Origin: Neocallimastix sp. 'constans'
Lineage: Eukaryota
Assembly (NCBI GenBank): GCA_050613775.1
Contig: JBODTK010000016.1
Coordinates: 992,001 to 1,056,000, forward strand
DNA: 64,000 nucleotides
Reading direction: 5' to 3'
Below are positions 1 to 12,370 of this stretch, one piece after another (position 1 is the stretch's first letter; each line of letters opens with the position of its first letter). Under the pieces are notes generated by a model. The model ran no database searches, was not told where the DNA came from, and worked only from the letters and a program-made list of their open reading frames with translations. The translations under genes were made by a program, and so were the position numbers.

Positions 1-25
1 AAAAAAAAAAAAAAAAAAAAAAAAA

Positions 26-175
26 GTGACTCGGTATGGATTATATAACTTCTTTCTTGGTGGAAGAGATGCAAACATTATTAATTTAAATTATAAAAAG
101 AAATGGGATGTTTTATTTAATAACCAAATCATTTCTGTTAATTATTCTAAAACCACATTCTTGGTGCAATCTGAG

Positions 176-208
<33 letters not shown>

Positions 209-430
209 AATTATGCAAAGGGCTTATACTCGACAAGGATTGCTATTCCAACGGTATAAGCACAAACTAACTAGAAGGATTAACGCTGAAAATGTAGTAA
301 GACAGATCAGAGGAGCCAAAGCCTCAAGTTTAAAGGAGAAGACCATAATTTCTTTCAAATTGTCAATTCAAACCTTAATTTGGAATAAGAATTCCTTTTA
401 AACAGAAATCTTATAATTTGGAGGTAAGAT
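26..430 (+). mobile_element. Probable degenerate 3' fragment of a LINE (non-LTR) ORF2
   Basis: GC-richer island translating to ...NFFLGGRDANIINLNYKKKWDVLFNNQ...KEIMQRAYTRQGLLFQRYKHK, with an in-frame stop and a poly-T break and no splice structure. The (L/F)LGG motif resembles the C-terminal end of LINE ORF2 proteins. Inference only. Confidence 0.3.
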
Positions 431-2273
431 TCATTACATATGAATATTTTTCTGAATTTATTTATACACTTTATTTTAAATATTACTTTTATTTCACATT
501 ACTGTTTAAAAAAATCATTATATTTAACTTTGATAAATAATATTTTTTTTTATTAATTGGACGTTTTATAAAAATATATGTATATATATATATGTACTTA
601 ATAAATGAATATATATAATTGTTAATACGTTGTGGTAAAGTTTAAATTTTTTTTTATATAAATCGTACTTATTAATTATGAATTTATATTATTTAATATA
701 TTTTAAAATTAAATAATATATAAATTTAGATAAAACATTAATTATTACTAAGCATTATTTGTAGTATTAAGTATTTTTTTTTTTTTTTAATTAACAATAA
801 TTATAAATTTAAACATATCATAATAGGTAAATTTATATTTTTATATATTAAATAAATAAATCTATTTTTTTAATTTATTTATTTTATGCATATGTTAAAC
901 AAATAACCCATATATAAATGTTAATTATAATTATCATATTATTTCTTGAACTTTAATTTTAATATTTAAGCAAAAAATATATTTATTTTTTATTTTCTTT
1001 TTTAATTAATAATAAAATATTATTATGACCGCAATAATAATTAACTAATTAAGAAAATTTTACCGCACTCTATTAATGAATAAAAAGAAAACTTATTTCA
1101 ATTCAAAGATTTTAAATATTGTGTTACCATAGATTTAATTTATTTTTAATTGTTATTATTCAATTTTTTTAAATAAATGTATTACTTTTTAAATTAAAAT
1201 TTAATTGAAATAAAGAATTATAATAATTATAATTAATAAAAAGTATATATTATTTATAAATATATATATAAATTTAATTTTTACATAATTATTAAATTTT
1301 ATAAAATAAATAAGAAAAAAAAAACTTTAAATCAAAAAATTTCAATGATAAATAACAATTTTATTTAAACTAAGACATATTATTTATTTTTGATTAAATG
1401 ATTTCTAAAGTTTAAATAAAAGTAATAATAAGAAAATTTTTCATAATATAAATAAAAATTATTTGAGTTGCTTAATATAGCAAAAGATATAAGAATTAAA
1501 AAAGAAAATAGTATATCAAGTTTTAATAATATTTAAATATTATTACATAGAATCAATATTTGAAATATGAAATAACATTTATAAAGAAAAAATAAAAGAT
1601 ATATTAGAACAAATAATTTTATCTTTAAAAAAAAAAAAAATATCAAATTAATATTTTTTTAATTAAATCTAATTTATATATGAAATATCAGTGATAAAAA
1701 CTACTTTGTATTATATGTATTGTATATATCATTTATTTTTGTTTTTATTTATTAAACGTATTTCATTTCTCCATTTATATATTTGAAAAACTAGACAATT
1801 TTAATTATTATTAATATTAATATTATTATTAAATTACTAATAATTATTCGTTTTGATCGTCCAATAAAACATTTTAGAAAAAAACTAAAATATATTTATT
1901 ATTAATATAGTATGGATTTTATTTATTTATTTGTTTGTTTGTTTGTTTGTTTATTTATTTATTTATTTATTTATTCATTCATTCATTTATTAATTTATTT
2001 ATTTATCTATTTATTAATTTATTCATTTATTCATTTATTTATTTATTTATTTATTTATTCATTTATTCATTTATTTTTATTATATGAATAATTATCATAA
2101 CTATTATTACACAGATTTATTTAATTTTTTTTTTTTTTTTGCCATAATTAATAATTTAAATTTAAATTTTAATTATTATTATTATATATTTTATATTAAA
2201 AAAAAATGAATAATGATACACAAAAAATTTTTTCATCTTGACAGATTTTCTATTATATTGTTTAAATTTCTTT

Positions 2274-2304
<31 letters not shown>

Positions 2305-2979
2305 TCATATATAAAATTTAAAAATCTCTTTTTTTTTTTATTCTTTAATAAAATATATATATATGCAATATTGAAATATTAAAAATTATTTATTCATATA
2401 TATCATTTTATAAAAATAAAGAAAATAAAAGTAAATAAAAAAAAAAAAAAAGAAATAGAATAAAAGCAAAAGTAGAATAATATAATATAAAAAATATAAT
2501 TAAATAAAATATAGACATAAAATAAAAAAAATATTAAATAAAAATAAATTATATTAAAATATTCACTTTTATTTTATTTATTTCTGTTATATATGAAATT
2601 TAAATATATATATTTCAATTCAATTTTTGTATAAAAATTTTAAATAAAATATATAAATAATAAATAATACTAAATAATGTAAATATCAATTCAATTAATA
2701 AAAATACATAATAAAAATATATATATAAATGCATATATATTAGTATTGCAGGAAAATACATGTATATTTTTTTTCATATTGTAATAAATTATAATTATTA
2801 TATAAAATAAAATAATTCAAGCAAAAAAAAAAAAGACTCCAAAGATATATAATACATTCAAAAAATCATAAATACTATTAATTTAATATTAATATAATAC
2901 CATATAATAATAGTAATAATAAATTATAAATAGAAAATATAAACTCTAAAAATCAATATTATACAATACCATTCAAATT

Positions 2980-5583
2980 ATGAAACAAAAAAACTATAAG
3001 AAAATATTGACCTTAATTACTTTTATAATTCCTATTGTTTCAAGTAAAACATCTGAAAAAGTATGTAGTAATATGAATGTAATATTTAATATATATAAAT
3101 TTAAATTAATAACAAAATTTTAAAATTTAAATATATAATAAATATTTTGGTTCATGTTATATAAATTCGATTCAATTCATTATAATTTTTGTTCTTTCAA
3201 TAATAGGAATGTTTTTCAGTAAAGCTCGGTTGTATGTATATATATATATATTTATATATTTATTATACATTATATATATATATATATATATATAAAACTA
3301 AAATGTTAAAATTAACAATTTTATTTTATTTTATTTTATTTTTATATTTATTATTTTCAATTTCATGAAAAATTTTTATATTTAAATATTGAAATGCTTT
3401 TAATAAAAGATAAATGTTGTAAGTCCTGCAATGCAGTACAAAGTGATTATGATGGTGTATGGGGAGTTGAAGATAACCATTGGTGTGGATTAAGAGATTC
3501 TTGTTTAAAGAATACTAATTGTTTTTCAGAGCCATTTTATCCATGCTGTGAAAAAAATACAGTAGTATTTACTGATAAACAAGGGAAATGGGGTATTGAA
3601 AATGGCTCTTGGTGTGGTATAGGTAAAAGTATTAAGAGTAAAAATAATGAATCTAATGCTACTCAAAATCAAAGCAATAAAAAGAATGAAAATGAAAAAG
3701 ATAATCATAATAAGGAAATTCCAAATGAAGGAAAAAATGAACAAGATTCTAAAGATAAAAATATTTCTGAAGAAAATAATAATAATAATAAAGATAGAAA
3801 TATTACTAAAGAAAAGCAAAATGATAAAGATAAGAACGCTACTAAAGAAAAAGAAGATAATAAAGACAGAAATATTACTAAAGAAAAGCAAGATGATAAA
3901 AATAAAAACACTAATAAAGAAAAGCAAAATGACAAAGAAAAGGAAAATACCAAAGATAAACAAAGTACAAATAACAAAATCAAAACTTCATTACCAAAAA
4001 TTGATATGAAAGCTTGGCAATACAATAAAGAAGATGATATCTATTGGCAGGTAGGTATATTCTATTGTGAAAATCCAATTGACCCAAATTATGAGTCCCT
4101 TGGTATATTTATTCCGGGTCAATATATTAATGCTATTAAAAATGAAAATGCTACCACATATTCCTGTCAGTTTAACCTATCATCAAAGATAGGTTCTTAT
4201 ACCATAAATAATGCACCAATAGTAATTCCTATTACTACTCAAGGATATATGTCATCACCATCACCTCAAGATTATATTAAAGAAGCTAAAAGATTTACTG
4301 ATAAAGGAATCATTTATGTCAATACAGGATTTCGAGGTCGTTATGAAGGAGCTCCCTATGGTGTTACAGATTTAAAGGCTGCCATTCGTTATATTCGTTA
4401 TAATAAGGATCTTATACCTGGATCTACTACAGAGAATATTTTTACTTTTGGTTTTGGAAGTGGTGGCTCTCAAAGCATTATATTAGGTGCTTCAGGAAAT
4501 AGTCCACTCTACAATAAATATTTAAAAGCTATTGGAGCTATTGAAGATGAAAGTGATGCTATTCAAGGATCCATGAGTTGGTGTCCAGATGCCACTTTAG
4601 ATACTGCTAATGAAGCTTACGAATGGAACATGGGTATTGCTCGTTCTGGCGTTGGTATTACAGATTTTACAAAAAAACTTTCAAATGATTTAGCCAATTC
4701 CTATGCTGATTATATTAATGCTATTCAATTCAAAAATCAAAATGGCCAAGTCTTAACCCTAATTCCATCCAATAAAGGAAATTATCAATCCGGTAGTTAT
4801 TATGACTATATTCTTGAAGAAATTGAAATTTCACTTAATGAATTTCTTTCTAAAACGGAATTCCCATACATTCAATTACCAACCACACTTTATCTTAATA
4901 ATGGAGAACAATATGGTATGGATCCCTTAGATGATGATGAAACTACTCATGGAGGACCTATTACTATTGGGGATCCAATAGTCTACAAAACTCCAGAAAT
5001 TTATATTAATTCGCTCAATACTGGAGTTCATTGGGTCACCTATGATTCTCAAATGAAAAAGGCAAATGTTACCAATTTAGAAGGATTTGTTCTACGTTTT
5101 AAGCGACCCATGAAAAAAGTTGGTGCATTCGATGATTTAGAAGCCACTAAAGAAGAAAATGTTCTCTTTGGTTATGGAAAAGATCGTGATATTGGTGCAC
5201 ATTTTGATCCAATTATGGCCAAATTATTAAAGGGAACCAAATATAGTGAAGCCTTTTCCAAAGATTTAAATAGAAAAGATGATTTTGGCACTAGTGTAGA
5301 AGATCGTATTGCAATGTATAACCCATTATACTTCCTTGATGATTATTACTCAGGTTACAAAACATCAAAAGTTGCCAAATACTGGCGAATTCAATCTGGT
5401 ATTACTCAAACAGAAAACCCTCTCACAACAGAATATAATTTAAAATTAGCTCTTGAAAACTATGGTGAAAGAAAAATTGATTTCCATAGTAATTGGAATT
5501 TGGGACATGTGAAAAGTGAATCCTCAGGAAATTCTTCCGACAATTTCATTCAATGGATAAAGGAATGTTTAGAAAGTCAATAA
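2980..5583 (+). CDS. Secreted protein: signal peptide, 2 fungal dockerin (CBM10/NCDD) domains, charged repeat linker, bacterial subtype-A tannase-like alpha/beta hydrolase (~759 aa)
   Basis: Exons 2980-3060, 3207-3231, 3410-5583 (GT..AG, frame-consistent). Signal-like MKQKNYKKILTLITFIIPIVSS. Dockerins CFSVKLGYKCCKSC..DGVWGVEDNHWCG and CFSEPFYPCCEK..DKQGKWGIENGSWCG. Tannase-family motifs YCENP..YESLGIFIP, PIVIPITTQGY, GFRGR, APYGVTDLKAAIRYIRYN, YEWNMG, KYWRI, WNLGH. Confidence 0.85.
3790..3962 (+). repeat. Coding ~13-aa degenerate tandem repeats (KD(R/K)N(I/A/T)TKEKQxD) in the linker
   Basis: Repeated aaagatagaaatattactaaagaaaagcaa-like units between the dockerins and the hydrolase domain. 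Confidence 0.8.
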
Positions 5584-6618
5584 TAATTAAAAATCCAATA
5601 TGAATAAAAACCTCTAAATTATAAAATATAAAATATACAAGACAAAAAAAAAAAATTTTTTTAATAAAATTAAATTATGTTATAAACACTTAAGAATAAT
5701 TGAAATATATAAATATTTTAGTTATTTTTAATTATAAATTATTATAAATAATTTATAACATACCTATAAACAAAATTTTATATTACATTATTAATAATGA
5801 TAATAAATTAAATTTTATTATTTATAATTTTAGCTATTTAATGACAAACTGTTTATTATATTTTATGTATAGATATTATTTTTTAAAAATATTTAATTAT
5901 ATTATTTTTAATAAATATATAATTTATTATGATTACAAAAATAATAATATTTTTTAATTTATAAGTTTTAAATTGTTATTAATAATAGTTTTAATATCAT
6001 TCCTTATTTATTTATTCATTTATTTATTTATTATTAATTCATTTATTTATTAATTTTTTTACTTATTATTTAAAAATAACAAATAAATCAAAATAAAAAA
6101 TATTTTTATTTACATATACATAATTTTATTTTAAAGAATGTGAATTTTATATAAATATATTAAAATAAAAATAGATAACAAAGTTGCCATCTTCAATAGC
6201 AAAAATCAATAAAAAAAATTATAATTAGGAATAAGAGTTTGTATTGGATTAAAAAAATTGTATATATTTATAATAAATTTTATAATACAATAACAAAAAA
6301 AATAATAATAAAAATAAAAATAAAATAACAAACTGTTATTATTAAATTATCTATACATAATTATATAAAAATAAAGATAAAATACAAAGTGAAAAGAAAA
6401 GAAAAAAAAAACCGTTTTGTAAAAAAAAAAATATTTATTTATTTATTTATTTATTTATCTATTTATTCATTTTTATTTATAATTTATTCATTTTTATTTA
6501 TTATTTATTCATTTTTATTTATTATTTATTATTTTTTCTTTGAAAAAAGTTTTACGAAACTACATATTAAATTTTTAATTATAAAAAAAAGTTTTAAAAT
6601 AAAAATAAATAAATACAA

Positions 6619-6736
6619 AATGTATTAAATTATTTCTACGTTAAATTATATTATTATATTATTTAATATTGAAATGTATTATTATTATTTCTACGTTAAA
6701 TTATATTATTATATTATTTAATATTGAAATGTATTA
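6619..6736. repeat. Tandem duplication, ~55-bp period, 2 copies
   Basis: tttctacgttaaattatattattatattatttaatattgaaatgtatt occurs twice (ctacg ends at 6640 and 6695). Confidence 0.85.
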
Positions 6737-7218
6737 AAATTCATTAAATTTGTATTAATATTCTCATAATAAATTATATTTCATTATCATATTAATTCAA
6801 TTGTTAGAAAAAATCTTAAAAATCATAGTAAAAAAAAAATTTATATATATATAAACTAATGAAATGATCAAAATAAATGAGATTTTTAGAAGAGAAATTT
6901 AATGAAGAGAGAATAAATAAATAATTAGTTATTATAATAAATAATTATATAAATAGGAAATGCTTTATTTTCTATGAATTATATTAGTGAAAAAAATAAC
7001 TTTTTAATAAGTAATTAATCTTTGTGAGAAAATTATTTATTTTTTTTTTTTTTTTTTTTTTTTTGTATTTAAAAAATCATTAGATTTTAATAATTATAGA
7101 AATTTATTTTTTAAAACTAAAGTCAAACGTTCCTTTTACTAAGAACCTTTTGACTAGTATAACCTTTATTTATAAATAATTTAATAATAAATATTAACAG
7201 GTTATTAACAATAATAAT

Positions 7219-7746
7219 AATTTTTTAGACTTTCTCACATGATTTCTACATCATTGGTAGGTCACATGAGTGTATTTAAGGAACAGATCCTTACATGCCT
7301 TTATCATTTTGACATCGACGCTCTACTACCTCTAAGAGGGATTTAAAGTACTAGGCATGGTCCCAACAGATTACGAAAATCCGGACTGACCGTCATACCA
7401 CCCACCCCTCTATCATCGGGAATAACAGAAATCTTAATTAGTTTTTGGAGATGGTATAATTAAGGAAATTGACCATATTATTTACAATTTGAATATAACT
7501 TAAGTATCTAGACAGGTTTGTGCCGTTTTTCCTAATATATGCCCAAAACACCTTAGTTTTGACCAGAATCCAAATCACCCACAAATCCATCATACTTAAT
7601 CCAATATACTTACCTGTAATTGCTCTATCAACGCATTATCATAAAACCCGAAGGTAAAACTGATAAGGTCATAGAGCGGGTTCGAACCAGGAGCCTTATG
7701 CTTTAAGATGTAACACCTTAACAGCCAGGATAGAACCTGGAACGAA
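7219..7746 (-). mobile_element. tRNA-derived SINE-like retroelement (~528 bp) with a 15-bp target-site duplication
   Basis: GC-rich island flanked by direct repeats ATTAACAATAATAAT (7204-7218 and 7747-7761). The minus-strand 5' end has a box A-like TGGCTGTTAAGG (7727-7716) and a box B GGTTCGAACCC (7688-7678). The 3' end is A6 followed by TTA repeats. No ORF. Confidence 0.75.
7678..7727 (-). promoter_or_regulatory. Internal RNA polymerase III type-2 promoter (box A / box B)
   Basis: GGTTCGAACCC fits the box B consensus GGTTCRANYCC. A degenerate box A lies ~28 nt upstream, at tRNA-like spacing. Confidence 0.65.
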
Positions 7747-7764
7747 ATTAACAATAATAATTAC

Positions 7765-7796
<32 letters not shown>

Positions 7797-8228
7797 GCTA
7801 CATACATATAATAAGAAAAGAAATAAATGACATGAAAATTAAATTATCGACTTTATATATATATATTTTTTTTTCATTTTCCTTTCTATTTATAAAAATA
7901 AAAATTCTTAAATAAAATTATAATTTTTTCTTAAATAATTTATATTTTATATTTATTTTTTCTTTATTTGTTTTAATTTTTATTTTTTATTTTTATTTAT
8001 TTTTTAAAGACTTCCTTTTATTATTTAACTGTATATTATTAAAAAAAAAAAAAATCTAAACCTTGATTTATTTTATTATTATTATTTTCTTTAATAATTA
8101 TTGCTATCATTTATATTTAGGTAATTTTTTTTTCTTTTTTTTCAAATATATATTATATATTATTGATATTATTTATTAATTAAATTATAAAATATAATAT
8201 ATATATATATATATATATTTTAATATTT

Positions 8229-9305
8229 TTAATTAGCTCTATATTTTGTGGCATAATAAGCCATTGAACTTGTTATTGGAACATTAGATGTTGGAATATA
8301 CATAATAGCAGTATAAGCATCTTGAATTAAGAAATCAACTGTTTTACAAATACGTAAGAAATCGGTATTATTATCGTATTCATCCATGATGATATTAGCT
8401 TCTTCTGAATTGTATATTTCATCAAATAAACTAGTGGAACCTTGTTCTTGTTTTGTTTCATTTTCAACTTCATTATTTTCATTAGTTTCATCAGTTGAAT
8501 CCGGAATAGCTTTTACACTAGATGCATCATCAATTATATTACTACTAGTAGCTTGTGTTGCATTATTTGATAATGCATTTTCATCATTGACAGCAGTCGT
8601 CACAGTTGTGAGACTATCTTTTCTATTTAAAGATCTCTGTCCTGCTTCCGCTTCTTGATTTCTTGTTGATAATTTTTCATTTCTTTCTTCTAATTCTTTT
8701 TCTTTTTGTATTCTTTGTTTATTTTGTTCCTATTAAAAGTATAAATAAATAGTTTATGAAATTAATATAATATTATTATGAAAATTCAAAATTGGAAAAT
8801 CATTAAATTAAAAATATATAAAATCAATATTTTAAAATTTTTTATATGAAAATACCTTTTCAATTTTAATAATTAAATCTTTCATTTCATCAATCTTTAA
8901 TTATAATGTAATAATAATAAATATATTATAAGAAAAATAATAATATTTTTATTAATAATGAATTATAAAAAATTAATAATGCGTTAAATAAATACTAATA
9001 GAACTTTTAAATTTATTTTTTTAATATAATAATCTTTATTATAATCTGTAATATACAATTATTATGTTATATCTATATATTCATTCTATTTTTACTATTT
9101 AGTTAAATTATACTTTCTTATCTCATTTATTTTTATTTACCTGACCCATAATAGTTTCAATGGTGTAATTATGGTATTCCATTAATGTTTGAATAGTTTC
9201 AATGGTTGTTTCTAAATAATGCATTTTTTCCATCATAAATTTATTATATGAAGTAATGAAATCATCATCATCCTTCATTGCAATTAATTCGGTAGATGCC
9301 TTCAT
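8229..9305 (-). CDS. Hypothetical coiled-coil protein (~234 aa)
   Basis: Exons 9305-9141, 8894-8856, 8729-8229 join in frame through phase-0 GT..AG introns: ..TIMGQ|IDEMKDLIIKIEK|EQNKQRIQKEKELEERNEK.. No recognisable domain. Confidence 0.7.
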
Positions 9306-12300
9306 TTTGTAACTATATATTGAAGTGAAATACTATTTAAAATAGATAAAAATTACAATTTTCAAAAATTTATAGCAATAAATAAATAAAAATAAATATT
9401 AATATGTGTAAATAATAATAATTTATAATATTTATGTATATAATTCATCAATCATAATTAATTAATTAAAATAAATAATTAATCTTTAGTTTTATATATA
9501 TATATAATTCCATTAGAGAAATTTTTATTTATAAATTATTTTTTATTTTTAAATTACATATTCCTATATAATGAAAATACTTGTAAATATCAATTAATAT
9601 ATTTGCAATTTTTCCTCTAATTAGCTGTAAATATCAGTAAATAATATATTTAATTATTAAATTATTTGTTTATATTAAGAATTACCAAATAAAACTAATA
9701 AATATTTTATTTATTATTTTCGCTCTGTTGTCATTCTATTTATATATTTATTTATTTGTTTGTTTGTTTGTTTATTAAGTATTACTCATTTATTTTATTA
9801 TTATTATTATTATTATTATTTAACTACAATAAATCTTTATTATTTATTACAGAATTTCTATTAAAAAATTATTTTTTATCCTTTTTTTTTTTTCATTTCT
9901 GTTATTTTTTATTTTTCATAATTGTTATTTCTTTATCCATCCTTATATAATATATAATATATTTAAATAAATAAGTAAAAACTTACAGTATATATAAAGA
10001 AATTAGTATAATTTACAAAAATAATAAATTATTGATAGTAGTAACTTTTTTTTACAATATTTTTCTAATAATATTGACAATAAACAAGAAAAAAAAAAAA
10101 AATTGTTTTTTTTTTTTAAAATATCTTTTTTTTTTTTTAGTCGTATAAGTGTTATATAATGGCTATTATTAAATTAAATTTAAACTTTCATTCTTATATG
10201 CTTATTGAAATGTTTTTTTTTTTTTTTATCTTTTTTTAAAAAAATACATATATAAAAATAAATAGTTATAATACTATAATATTAAATATTATTTTTTTAA
10301 TAAAAAGATATTGTTATTTTTTTTTTAATTAAAAAAAAATAAAATAATATAAAATAAAATAACAGAAAAATAAAAAAAATAATTGATATTGGCTTATTTG
10401 CTGTAAATATTATTATTTGTTTTATTTATTATTTTTGGTATAATTCTATTCTTAACTTTTTTATTTTCTTTAAATATAAATTATTAAAAATATATTTCTT
10501 TATTTATTACTTTTATATTAATAATAAAATATATTTTACATAAACATTAAATTAAAACATAATTTAATATTTTTATTAAATAAAAAATAAAACCAATACC
10601 AAAACCAAAATAAATAAAATGATTAGTATTTATTGATATAAAATTGCAATAAAAATAAAGAAGGGGAAAACTACTAAAAAAAATCTATAATATATAAAAA
10701 AAAAATTTAATTTTAATATAAAAAAAATTATTTTTCTTGTTTATGTATATTTTTTTTATTATTAATTATTTTATAATAATTAAAGTTTTAACGTTTAATT
10801 ATTATTTAATTAATGATTAATTGTAAAATCTGTTTAAAAAAAAATACTAAATATTAATAATATCATTAAATAACATTAATATTAGCAACTATATATTTAA
10901 TGGTGAACATAATTATCAATTGTTAATATAATTATTTTTTCTTTTTTCTTTTTTTATTTTAAAAAAAAAGGTTCATTATAAAAATATTGTTTTTCTCTTT
11001 CATTATTATTTATCGTTTTGATTCTATATTTACTATATTTACTAAACCCCTTTATTGTTTTTTATATATATATATATAAATAATATAACATAATAATTTT
11101 AATTTATTTAATATATTTCAATATATTTTATATAATAATTCATTAATTTAATAACCTTTAAAAATAAACTTTTTTTTTTTTTTAGTTATTAATTAAAGCA
11201 AAAAATGAAATAAAAATAAAAAAAATTTATTTTAAACTTACAAAAAAATTTTATATATTATTTTTAATAATGGTTTTTTCAATTATTACTTTAAAAAAAT
11301 TACTTTAAAAAAAATCAAAGATTAAATTATAAATATTTATTTAGCAAAAATAAAAGAATTATTAATGTAATTAGAATTAAGAGTATATTTTTATTATTAC
11401 TAATAAACTTTTAATAATTTAATATATTAACTCTTTCATTTCTTATAATATTCATTCAAATATTTATAATTTTATAAAAAAAAAAATCATATATAATACA
11501 TTATAATTAGATATATATAATAGATTAATATTAATCTTTATTATATATAAATTATTTAAATTATTTAGTAAAAATATATATATATATTTGCCTTTTATTA
11601 TTCATTATTAAAAATTTAATATTTATTAAATAATAAATTATTAATAATAAATAAATATTTATGATAAATAATGTTAAAAGTATAATTAAATATTATTAAA
11701 GCAAATAAAGCCAATTTTTATTACAAAATTTAAAATCCAATCATAGCTGAAAAAAAACAATATTTTAAATATTGATATAATATAATGTAAAATGAAAAGT
11801 TACACATAAATAATTATATTATAAATAATAATATTTAACAATAATAAAACTTAATATTATTATTAATTATTACAATTAATATTTATTATCAATTTCCTTT
11901 ATATAAAAATTTATAATAAATAAATATTATAATAATATTATAATTATACAGAAATTTCTTTATTGTTATTAGATTATTTATTATTTCATTAATAATTTAA
12001 TAATAAACAATTATTTTTTAAAAAAATATTTCAAATATATATACTAAAGTTATTTCTGTAATAATAATAATTAACATAAATTCTATTTTATTATTTTAAT
12101 TTTTTTTATGAAGAATTATTTTATTTTTACTTTTATGGCATATTCACTACTGAATAATAATTATTAACATCTATAAAAATTTTTTAAATTTTAATACATT
12201 TCTTTACTAAGAAGTATTAGAATACTACAATAAAATTTATTAAATTTTTCCTTTTTTTCTTTTTTTTGATATATATTTCGGGCATTATTATTTAATAAAA

Positions 12301-12325
12301 TTAGTCATTTGATTTTTTTTTTAAA

Positions 12326-12370
<45 letters not shown>

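Noticed and set aside
3526..4025. Hydrophobic antisense and alternate-frame ORFs over the tannase linker (also 18871-19546, 36676-37629, 52150-52530, 8386-8658)
   Set aside because: Shadow ORFs caused by low-complexity charged or Ser-rich coding sequence in the real frame.
6389..6628. Short Phe/Ile/Tyr/Lys-rich ORFs (also 9756, 14378, 18031, 21415, 29486, 49201, 50509, 58261, 61155)
   Set aside because: Chance ORFs in AT-rich intergenic simple repeats, with no coding-like composition or splice support.
7655..7690. Hammerhead ribozyme core (CTGATAAG..GAA)
   Set aside because: The core deviates from CUGANGA, stem II does not pair and there is no GAAA.
7670..7746. Functional tRNA gene
   Set aside because: Box B is present, but acceptor and anticodon stems do not pair into a cloverleaf, and the segment lies inside a TSD-flanked insertion.
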